Position numbers and translations under genes: made by a program. 64,000 nucleotides of DNA from Auanema rhodensis (lineage: Eukaryota; Animalia; Nematoda), in contig OZ059900.1 in NCBI GenBank assembly GCA_964057225.1, positions 22,940,001 to 23,004,000 on the forward strand, in the 5' to 3' direction. Positions 41,849 to 53,289 of this stretch are shown here, piece after piece; positions within the stretch are counted from its first letter, which is position 1; every line of letters starts with the position of its first letter. The notes under the pieces are model-generated. The model did no database searches. It was given only the letters and a program-made list of their open reading frames with translations, and had not been told where the DNA came from.

Positions 41849-44800
41849 ACTGGAAACAGGCAGTACGCGATACGCAAATATTTGAATGACAGCTTTAATA
41901 CAATACGACTTAGCTTACTCAATCATATCAAGCTTCATGAACAGGGACTGCTTGAGTAATAGATGATAGCAATGATAGTTTCGTTTCTTTTTTTAATTAA
42001 CTTTCCAGTACGCGAGCTATAATATTTAGAACGCGATTCCTTGATAATGAAAAACTTTCAGAGCCTGCACTGATAATATAACTGGAAACAGGCAATACTA
42101 AAACATTTGAATGACAGCTTTATTACAATAGGACTTAGTTTACTCAATCATACCAATCTTCATGAACACGGACTGTTTGTGTAATAGATAATAGCAATAA
42201 TAGTTTCGTTTCTGTTTTTAATTAACTTTCCTGTACGCGAGTTATAATATTTAGAACGTGATTCCTTGATTATGAAAAATTTTTAGAGCCTGCACTGATA
42301 ATATAACTGGAAACAGGCAGTACGCGATACGCAAATATTTGAATGACAGCTTTAATACAAGACGACTTAGCTTACTCAATCATATCAAGCTTCATGAACA
42401 GGGACTGCTTGTGTAATAGATGATAGCAATGATAGTTTCGTTTCTTTTTTTAATTAACTTTCCAGTACGCGAGTTATCATATTTAGAACGCGATTGCTTC
42501 ATAATGAAAAATGTTTAGAGCCTGCACTGATATTATAATTGGAAACAGGCAGTACGCAATACGCAAACATTTGAATGGCAGCTTTAATACAAGACGACTT
42601 AGTTTACTCAATCATATCAAGCTTCATGAACACGGACTGTTTGTGCAATAGATGATAGCAATGATAGTTTCGTTTCTTTTTTTAACTAACTTTCCAGTAC
42701 GCGAGTTATAATATTTAGAACGCGATTCCTTGATAATGAAAAACTTTCAGAGCCTGCACTGATAATATAATTGGAAACAGGCAGTACGCAATACGCAAAC
42801 ATTTGAATGACAGCTTTATTATAATACGACTTAGTTTACTCAATTATATCAAGCTTCATGAACACGGACTGCTTGTGTAATATATAATAGCAATAATAGT
42901 TTCGTTTCTGTTTTTAATTAACTTTCCTGTACGCGAGTTATAATATTTAGAACGTGATTCCTTGATTATGAAAAACTTTCAGAGCCTGCACTGATAATAT
43001 AACTGGAAACAGGCAGTACGCGATACGCAAATATTTGAATGACAGCTTTAATACAAGACGACTTAGCTTACTCAATCATATCAAGCTTCATGAACAGGGA
43101 CTGCTTATGTAATAGATGATAGCAATGATAATTTCGTTTCTTTTTTCAATTAACTTTCCAGTACGCGAGTTATTATATTTAGAACGTGATTCCTTCATAA
43201 TGAAAACTTTTTAGAGCCTGCTCTGATAATATAACTGGAAACAGGCAATACTAAAACATTAGAATGACAGCTTTATTACAATAGGACTTAGTTTACTCAA
43301 TCATACCAATCTTCATGAACACGGACTGTTTGTGTAATAGATAATAGCAATAATAGTTTCGTTTCTGTTTTTAATTAACTTTCCTGTACGCGAGTTATAA
43401 TATTTAGAACGTGATTCCTTGATTATGAAAAACTTTCAGAGCCTGCACTGATAATATAATTGGAAACAGGCAGTACGCAATACGCAAACATTTGAATGAC
43501 AGCTTTATTACAATACGACTTAGTTTACTCAATTATATCAAGCTTCATGAACACGGACTGCTTGTGTAATATATAATAGCAATAATAGTTTTGTTTCTGT
43601 TTTTAATTAACTTTCCTGTACGCGAGTTATAATATTTAGAACGTGATTCCTTGATTATGAAAAACTTTCAGAGCCTGCACTGATAATATAATTGGAAACA
43701 GGCAGTACGCAATACGCAAACATTTGAATGACAGCTTTATTACAATACGACTTAGTTTACTCAATTATATCAAGCTTCATGAACACGGACTGCTTGTGTA
43801 ATATATAATAGCAATAATAGTTTCGTTTCTGTTTTTAATTAACTTTCCTGTACGCGAGTTATTATATTTAGAACGTGATTCCTTCATAATGAAAAATTTT
43901 TAGAGCCTGCACTGATAATATAACTGGAAACAGGCAATACTAAAACATTTGAATGACAGCTTTATTACAATAGGACTTAGTTTACTCAATCATATCAAGC
44001 TTCATGAACACGGACTGTTTGTGCAATAGATGATAGCAATGATTATTTCGTTTCTTTTTTCAATTAACTTTCCAGTACGCGAGTTATTATATTTAGAACG
44101 TGATTCCTTCATAATGAAAAATTTTTAGAGCCTGCACTGATAATATAACTGGCAACAGGCAATACGCAAACATTTGAATGACAGCTTTATTACAATACGA
44201 CTTAGTTTACTCAATCATATCAAGCTTCATGAACACGGACTGTTTGTGCAATAGATGATAGCAATGATAGTTTCGTTTCTTTTTTTAACTAACTTTCCAG
44301 TACGCGAGTTATAATATTTAGAACGCGATTCCTTGATAATGAAAAACTTTCAGAGCCTGCACTGATAATATAATTGGAAACAGGCAGTACGCAATACGCA
44401 AACATTTGAATGACAGCTTTATTACAATACGACTTAGTTTACTCAATCATATCAAGCTTCATGAACACGGACTGTTTGTGCAATATATAATAGCAATAAT
44501 AGTTTCGTTTCTGTTTTTAATTAACTTTCCTGTACGCGAGTTATAATATTTAGAACGTGATTCTTTGATTATGAAAAACTTTCAGATCCTGCACTGATAA
44601 TATAATTGGAAACAGGCAGTACGCAATACGCAAACATTTGAATGGCAGCTTTATTACAATACGACTTAGTTTACTCAATTATATCAAGCTTCATGAACAC
44701 GGACTGTTTGTGCAATAGATGATAGCAATGATAATTTCGTTTCTTTTTTCAATTAACTTTCCAGTACGCGAGTTATTATATTTAGAACGTGATTCCTTGA

Positions 44801-46833
44801 TTATGAAAAACTTTCAGAGCCTGCACTGATAATATAACTGGAAACAGGCAGTACGCAATAGGCAAACATTTGAATGACAGCTTTATTACAATACGACTTA
44901 GTTTACTCAATTATATCAAGCTTCATGAACACGGACTGCTTGTGTAATATATAATAGCAATAATAGTTTTGTTTCTGTTTTTAATTAACTTTCCTGTACT
45001 CGAGTTACAATATTTAGAACGTGATTCCTTCATAATGAAAAATTTTTAGAGCCTGCACTGATAATATAACTGGAAACAGGCAATACTAAAACATTTGAAT
45101 GACAGCTTTATTACAATAGGACTTAGTTTACTCAATCATATCAAGCTTCATGAACACGGACTGTTTGTGCAATAGATGATAGCAATGATTATTTCGTTTC
45201 TTTTTTCAATTAACTTTCCAGTACGCGAGTTATTATATTTAGAACGTGATTCCTTCATAATGAAAAATTTTTAGAGCCTGCACTGATAATATAATTGGAA
45301 ACAGGCAGTACGCAATACGCAAACATTTGAATGACAGCTTTATTACAATACGACTTAGCTTACTCAATCATATCAAGCTTCATGAACAGGGACTGTTTGT
45401 GTAATAGATGATAGCAATGATAGTTTCGTTTCTTTTTTTAATTAACTTTCCAGTACGCGAGTTATCATATTTAGAACGCGATTGCTTCATAATGAAAAAT
45501 GTTTAGAGCCTGCACTGATAATATAACTGGCAACAGGCAATACGCAAACATTTGAATGACAGCTTTATTACAATAGGACTTAGTTTACTCAATCATACCA
45601 ATCTTCATGAACACGGACTGTTTGTGTAATAGATAATAGCAATAATAGTTTCGTTTCTGTTTTTAATTAACTTTCCTGTACGCGAGTTATAATATTTAGA
45701 ACGTGATTCCTTGATTATGAAAAATTTTTAGAGCCTGCACTGATAATATAACTGGAAACAGGCAGTACGCGATACGCAAATATTTGAATGACAGCTTTAT
45801 TACAATACGACTTAGTTTACTCAATCATATCAAGAGTCATGAACACGGACTGTTTGTGTAATAGATAATAGCAATAATAGTTTCGTTTCTGTTTTCAAAT
45901 AACTTTCCAGTACGCGAGTTATTATATTTAGAACGTGATTCCTTCATAATGAAAAATTTTTAGAGCCTGCACTGATAATATAACTGGAAACAGGCAGTAC
46001 GCGATACGCAAACATTTGAATGACAGCTTTATTACAATACGACTTAGTTTACTCAATCATATCAAGCTTCATGAACACGGACTGTTTGTGTAATAGATAA
46101 TAGCAATAATAGTTTCGTTTCTGTTTTCAAATAACTTTCCAGTACGCGAGTTATTATATTTAGAACGTGATTCCTTCATAATGAAAAATTTTTAGAGCCT
46201 GCACTGATAATATAACTGGAAACAGGCAGTACGCGATACGCAAATATTTGAATGACAGCTTTAATACAATACGACTTAGCTTACTCAATCATATCAAGCT
46301 TCATGAACAGGGACTGCTTGTGTAATAGATGATAGCAATGATAGTTTCGTTTCTTTTTTTAATTAACTTTCCAGTACGCGAGTTATCATATTTAGAACGC
46401 GATTGCTTCATAATGAAAAATGTTTAGAGCCTGCACTGATAATATAACTGGCAACAGGCAATACGGAAACATTTGAATGACAGCTTTATTACAATACGAC
46501 TTAGTTTACTCAATCATATCAAGCTTCATGAACACGGACTGTTTGTGCAATAGATGATAGCAATGATAGTTTCGTTTCTTTTTTTAACTAACTTTCCAGT
46601 ACGCGAGTTATAATATTTAGAACGCGATTCCTTGATAATGAAAAACTTTCAGAGCCTGCACTGATAATATAACTGGAAACAGGCAATACTAAAACATTTG
46701 AATGACAGCTTTATTACAATAGGACTTAGTTTACTCAATCATACCAATCTTCATGAACACGGACTGTTTGTGTAATAGATGATAGCAATGATAATTTCGT
46801 TTCTTTTTTCAATTAACTTTCCAGTACGCGAGT
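41849..46833 (+). repeat. Satellite B, forward block: about 22 monomers of 225 or 232 bp
   Basis: Monomer heads A(C/T)TGG(A/C)AACAGGC at 41849, 42081, 42306, 42538 ... 46447, 46672, spaced 232 or 225 bp apart. The last monomer is cut after about 162 bp. About 35% GC. Confidence 0.98.
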
Positions 46834-47583
46834 TGTTCATGAAGATTGGTATGATTGAGTAAACTAAGTCCTATTGTAATAAAGCTGTCATTCAAATGTT
46901 TTAGTATTGCCTGTTTCCAGTTATATTATCAGTGCAGGCTCTGAAAGTTTTTCATTATCAAGGAATCGCGTTCTAAATATTATAACTCGCGTACTGGAAA
47001 GTTAGTTAAAAAAAGAAACGAAACTATCATTGCTATCATCTATTGCACAAACAGTCCGTGTTCATGAAGCTTGATATGATTGAGTAAACTAAGTCGTATT
47101 GTAATAAAGCTGTCATTCAAATGTTTCCGTATTGCCTGTTGCCAGTTATATTATCAGTGCAGGCTCTAAACATTTTTCATTATGAAGCAATCGCGTTCTA
47201 AATATGATAACTCGCGTACTGGAAAGTTAATTAAAAAAAGAAACGAAACTATCATTGCTATCATCTATTACACAAGCAGTCCCTGTTCATGAAGCTTGAT
47301 ATGATTGAGTAAGCTAAGTCGTATTGTATTAAAGCTGTCATTCAAATATTTGCGTATCGCGTACTGCCTGTTTCCAGTTATATTATCAGTGCAGGCTCTA
47401 AAAATTTTTCATTATGAAGGAATCACGTTCTAAATATAATAACTCGCGTACTGGAAAGTTATTTGAAAACAGAAACGAAACTATTATTGCTATTATCTAT
47501 TACACAAACAGTCCGTGTTCATGAAGCTTGATATGATTGAGTAAACTAAGTCGTATTGTAATAAAGCTGTCATTCAAATGTTT
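46010..47583. repeat. Long inverted repeat: 750-bp arms (46010-46759 and 46834-47583) with a 74-bp spacer
   Basis: Monomer-diagnostic variants mirror across the centre (paired coordinates sum to 93593): CCAATCTTC/GAAGATTGG, ATACGGAAAC/GTTTCCGTAT, CAGGGACTGC/GCAGTCCCTG and TTCAAATAAC/GTTATTTGAA. The first mismatch I found is at 46009/47584. Confidence 0.92.
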
Positions 47584-47849
47584 CCGTATTGCCTGTTGCC
47601 AGTTATATTATCAGTGCAGGCTCTAAACATTTTTCATTATGAAGCAATCGCGTTCTAAATATGATAACTCGCGTACTGGAAAGTTAATTAAAAAAAGAAA
47701 CGAAATTATCATTGCTATCATCTATTGCACAAACAGTCCGTGTTGATGAAGCTTGATATAATTGAGTAAACTAAGTCGTATTGTAATAAAGCTGTCATTC
47801 AAATGTTTGCGTATCGCGTACTGCCTGTTTCCAGTTATATTATCAGTGC

Positions 47850-49230
47850 AGGCTCTAAAAATTTTTCATAATCAAGGAATCACGTTCTAAATATTATAAC
47901 TCGCGTACAGGAAAGTTAATTAAAAACAGAAACGAAACTATTATTGCTATTATCTATTACACAAACAGTCCGTGTTCATGACTCTTGATATGATTGAGTA
48001 AACTAAGTCGTATTGTAATAAAGCTGTCATTCAAATATTTGCGTATCGCGTACTGCCTGTTTCCAGTTATATTATCAGTGCAGGCTCTAAAAATTTTTCA
48101 TAATCAAGGAATCACGTTCTAAATATTATAACTCGCGTACAGGAAAGTTAATTAAAAACAGAAACGAAACTATTATTGCTATTATCTATTACACAAACAG
48201 TCCGTGTTCATGAAGATTGGTATGATTGAGTAAACTAAGTCCTATTGTAATAAAGCTGTCATTCAAATGTTTGCGTATTGCCTGTTGCCAGTTATATTAT
48301 CAGTGCAGGCTCTAAACATTTTTCATTATGAAGCAATCGCGTTCTAAATATGATAACTCGCGTACTGGAAAGTTAATTAAAAAAAGAAACGAAACTATCA
48401 TTGCTATCATCTATTACACAAACAGTCCCTGTTCATGAAGCTTGATATGATTGAGTAAGCTAAGTCGTATTGTAATAAAGCTGTCATTCAAATGTTTGCG
48501 TATTGCGTACTGCCTGTTTCCAATTATATTATCAGTGCAGGCTCTAAAAATTTTTCATTATGAAGGAATCACGTTCTAAATATTATAACTCGCGTACAGG
48601 AAAGTTAATTAAAAACAGAAACGAAACTATTATTGCTATTATCTATTACACAAACAGTCCGTGTTCATGACTCTTGATATGATTGAGTAAACTAAGTCGT
48701 ATTGTAATAAAGCTGTCATTCAAATATTTGCGTATCGCGTACTGCCTGTTTCCAGTTATATTATCAGTGCAGGCTCTAAAAATTTTTCATAATCAAGGAA
48801 TCACGTTCTAAATATTATAACTCGCGTACAGGAAAGTTAATTAAAAACAGAAACGAAACTATTATTGCTATTATCTATTACACAAACAGTCCGTGTTCAT
48901 GAAGATTGGTATGATTGAGTAAACTAAGTCCTATTGTAATAAAGCTGTCATTCAAATGTTTGCGTATTGCCTGTTGCCAGTTATATTATCAGTGCAGGCT
49001 CTAAACATTTTTCATTATGAAGCAATCGCGTTCTAAATATGATAACTCGCGTACTGGAAAGTTAATTAAAAAAAGAAACGAAACTATCATTGCTATCATC
49101 TATTACACAAACAGTCCCTGTTCATGAAGCTTGATATGATTGAGTAAGCTAAGTCGTATTGTAATAAAGCTGTCATTCAAATGTTTGCGTATTGCGTACT
49201 GCCTGTTTCCAATTATATTATCAGTGCAGG
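47850..49230 (-). repeat. Local 3-monomer (689-bp) tandem duplication of HOR monomers 13-15
   Basis: The rare marker GACTCTTG occurs at about 47980 and 48669, 689 bp apart (232+225+232), and neighbouring variants repeat in the same order. Ends are approximate. Confidence 0.85.
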
Positions 49231-49640
49231 CTCTAAAAATTTTTCATTATGAAGGAATCACGTTCTAAATATAATAACTCGCGTACTGGAAAGTTAATTG
49301 AAAAAAGAAACGAAATAATCATTGCTATCATCTATTGCACAAACAGTCCGTGTTCATGAAGCTTGATATGATTGAGTAAACTAAGTCCTATTGTAATAAA
49401 GCTGTCATTCAAATGTTTTAGTATTGCCTGTTTCCAGTTATATTATCAGTGCAGGCTCTAAAAATTTTTCATTATGAAGGAATCACGTTCTAAATATTGT
49501 AACTCGCGTACAGGAAAGTTAATTAAAAACAGAAACAAAACTATTATTGCTATTATATATTACACAAGCAGTCCGTGTTCATGAAGCTTGATATAATTGA
49601 GTAAACTAAGTCGTATTGTAATAAAGCTGTCATTCAAATG

Positions 49641-52600
49641 TTTGCCTATTGCGTACTGCCTGTTTCCAATTATATTATCAGTGCAGGCTCTGAAAGTTTT
49701 TCATAATCAAGGAATCACGTTCTAAATATTATAACTCGCGTACAGGAAAGTTAATTAAAAACAGAAACGAAACTATTATTGCTATTATCTATTACACAAA
49801 CAGTCCGTGTTCATGAAGATTGGTATGATTGAGTAAACTAAGTCCTATTGTAATAAAGCTGTCATTCTAATGTTTTAGTATTGCCTGTTTCCAGTTATAT
49901 TATCAGTGCAGGCTCTAAAAAGTTTTCATTATGAAGGAATCACGTTCTAAATATAATAACTCGCGTACTGGAAAGTTAATTGAAAAAAGAAACGAAATTA
50001 TCATTGCTATCATCTATTGCACAAACAGTCCGTGTTCATGAAGCTTGATATAATTGAGTAAACTAAGTCGTATTGTAATAAAGCTGCCATTCAAATGTTT
50101 GCGTATTGCGTACTGCCTGTTTCCAATTATATTATCAGTGCAGGCTCTGAAAGTTTTTTATAATCAAAGAATCACGTTCTAAATATTATAACTCGCGTAC
50201 AGGAAAGTTAATTAAAAACAGAAACGAAACTATTATTGCTATTATATATTACACAAGCAGTCCGTGTTCATGAAGCTTGATATAATTGAGTAAACTAAGT
50301 CGTATTATAATAAAGCTGTCATTCAAATGTTTGCGTATTGCGTACTGCCTGTTTCCAATTATATTATCAGTGCAGGCTCTGAAAGTTTTTCATTATCAAG
50401 GAATCGCGTTCTAAATATTATAACTCGCGTACTGGAAAGTTAGTTAAAAAAAGAAACGAAACTATCATTGCTATCATCTATTGCACAAACAGTCCGTGTT
50501 CATGAAGCTTGATATGATTGAGTAAACTAAGTCGTATTGTAATAAAGCTGTCATTCAAATGTTTGCGTATTTCCTGTTGCCAGTTATATTATCAGTGCAG
50601 GCTCTAAAAATTTTTCATTATCAAGGAATCGCGTTCTAAATATTATAACTCGCGTACTGGAAAGTTAGTTAAAAAAAGAAACGAAACTATCATTGCTATC
50701 ATCTATTGCACAAACAGTCCGTGTTCATGAAGCTTGATATGATTGAGTAAACTAAGTCGTATTGTAATAAAGCTGTCATTCAAATGTTTGCGTATTGCCT
50801 GTTGCCAGTTATATTATCAGTGCAGGCTCTAAAAATTTTTCATTATCAAGGAATCGCGTTCTAAATATTATAACTCGCGTACTGGAAAGTTAGTTAAAAA
50901 AAGAAACGAAACTATCATTGCTATCATCTATTGCACAAACAGTCCGTGTTCATGAAGCTTGATATGATTGAGTAAACTAAGTCGTATTGTAATAAAGCTG
51001 TCATTCAAATGTTTGCGTATTGCCTGTTGCCAGTTATATTATCAGTGCAGGCTCTGAAAGTTTTTTATAATCAAAGAATCACGTTCTAAATATTATAACT
51101 CGCGTACAGGAAAGTTAATTAAAAACAGAAACGAAACTATTATTGCTATTATATATTACACAAGCAGTCCGTGTTCATGAAGATTGGTATGATTGAGTAA
51201 ACTAAGTCCTATTGTAATAAAGCTGTCATTCAAATGTTTTAGTATTGCCTGTTTCCAGTTATATTATCAGTGCAGGCTCTGAAAGTTTTTCATTATCAAG
51301 GAATCGCGTTCTAAATATTATAACTCGCGTACTGGAAAGTTAGTTAAAAAAAGAAACGAAACTATCATTGCTATCATCTATTGCACAAACAGTCCGTGTT
51401 CATGAAGCTTGATATGATTGAGTAAACTAAGTCGTATTGTAATAAAGCTGTCATTCAAATGTTTCCGTATTGCCTGTTGCCAGTTATATTATCAGTGCAG
51501 GCTCTAAACATTTTTCATTATGAAGCAATCGCGTTCTAAATATGATAACTCGCGTACTGGAAAGTTAATTAAAAAAAGAAACGAAACTATCATTGCTATC
51601 ATCTATTACACAAGCAGTCCCTGTTCATGAAGCTTGATATGATTGAGTAAGCTAAGCCGTATTGTATTAAAGCTGTCATTCAAATATTTGCGTATCGCGT
51701 ACTGCCTGTTTCCAGTTATATTATCAGTGCAGGCTCTAAAAATTTTTCATTATGAAGGAATCACGTTCTAAATATAATAACTCGCGTACTGGAAAGTTAT
51801 TTGAAAACAGAAACGAAACTATTATTGCTATTATCTATTACACAAACAGTCCGTGTTCATGAAGCTTGATATGATTGAGTAAACTAAGTCGTATTGTAAT
51901 AAAGCTGTCATTCAAATGTTTCCGTATTGCCTGTTGCCAGTTATATTATCAGTGCAGGCTCTAAACATTTTTCATTATGAAGCAATCGCGTTCTAAATAT
52001 GATAACTCGCGTACTGGAAAGTTAATTAAAAAAAGAAACGAAATTATCATTGCTATCATCTATTGCACAAACAGTCCGTGTTGATGAAGCTTGATATAAT
52101 TGAGTAAACTAAGTCGTATTGTAATAAAGCTGTCATTCAAATGTTTGCGTATCGCGTACAGCCTGTTTCCAGTTATATTATCAGTGCAGGCTCTAAAAAT
52201 TTTTCATTATGAAGGAATCACGTTCTAAATATAATAACTCGCGTACTGGAAAGTTATTTGAAAACAGAAACGAAACTATTATTGCTATTATCTATTACAC
52301 AAACAGTCCGTGTTCATGACTCTTGATATGATTGAGTAAACTAAGTCGTATTGTAATAAAGCTGTCATTCAAATATTTGCGTATCGCGTACTGCCTGTTT
52401 CCAGTTATATTATCAGTGCAGGCTCTAAAAATTTTTCATAATCAAGGAATCACGTTCTAAATATTATAACTCGCGTACAGGAAAGTTAATTAAAAACAGA
52501 AACGAAACTATTATTGCTATTATCTATTACACAAACAGTCCGTGTTCATGAAGATTGGTATGATTGAGTAAACTAAGTCCTATTGTAATAAAGCTGTCAT

Positions 52601-53289
52601 TCAAATGTTTGCGTATTGCCTGTTGCCAGTTATATTATCAGTGCAGGCTCTAAACATTTTTCATTATGAAGCAATCGCGTTCTAAATATGATAACTCGCG
52701 TACTGGAAAGTTAATTAAAAAAAGAAACGAAACTATCATTGCTATCATCTATTACACAAACAGTCCCTGTTCATGAAGCTTGATATGATTGAGTAAGCTA
52801 AGTCGTATTGTAATAAAGCTGTCATTCAAATGTTTGCGTATTGCGTACTGCCTGTTTCCAATTATATTATCAGTGCAGGCTCTAAAAATTTTTCATTATG
52901 AAGGAATCACGTTCTAAATATAATAACTCGCGTACTGGAAAGTTAATTGAAAAAAGAAACGAAATAATCATTGCTATCATCTATTGCACAAACAGTCCGT
53001 GTTCATGAAGCTTGATATGATTGAGTAAACTAAGTCCTATTGTAATAAAGCTGTCATTCAAATGTTTTAGTATTGCCTGTTTCCAGTTATATTATCAGTG
53101 CAGGCTCTAAAAATTTTTCATTATGAAGGAATCACGTTCTAAATATTGTAACTCGCGTACAGGAAAGTTAATTAAAAACAGAAACAAAACTATTATTGCT
53201 ATTATATATTACACAAGCAGTCCGTGTTCATGAAGCTTGATATAATTGAGTAAACTAAGTCGTATTGTAATAAAGCTGTCATTCAAATG
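49641..53289 (-). repeat. Complete 16-monomer HOR unit of satellite B (3649 bp), haplotype X
   Basis: The rare marker TTTGCCTATTG occurs at 49641 and 53290, 3649 bp apart (9x225 + 7x232). Confidence 0.93.

Noticed and set aside
42060-42095. Hammerhead-ribozyme-like look in satellite B (GCCTG..CTGATAA..GAAA-CAGGC), which would suggest a retrozyme-type repeat
   Set aside because: The core is CTGATAA rather than CUGANGA, and there is no stem I, no stem II and no NUH cleavage triplet after GCCTG. I found no CTGANGA on either strand of either consensus. A covariance-model search would settle it.
41500-42100. Common ancestry of satellites A and B
   Set aside because: Only short shared words (CTGGAAA, GACTTA, TTCATG) with no convincing extended alignment, as expected by chance at this AT content.
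41849-46833. Forward B block as a transposon or MITE with terminal inverted repeats
   Set aside because: There is no target-site duplication or defined terminus. The inverted symmetry comes from the satellite strand switch.
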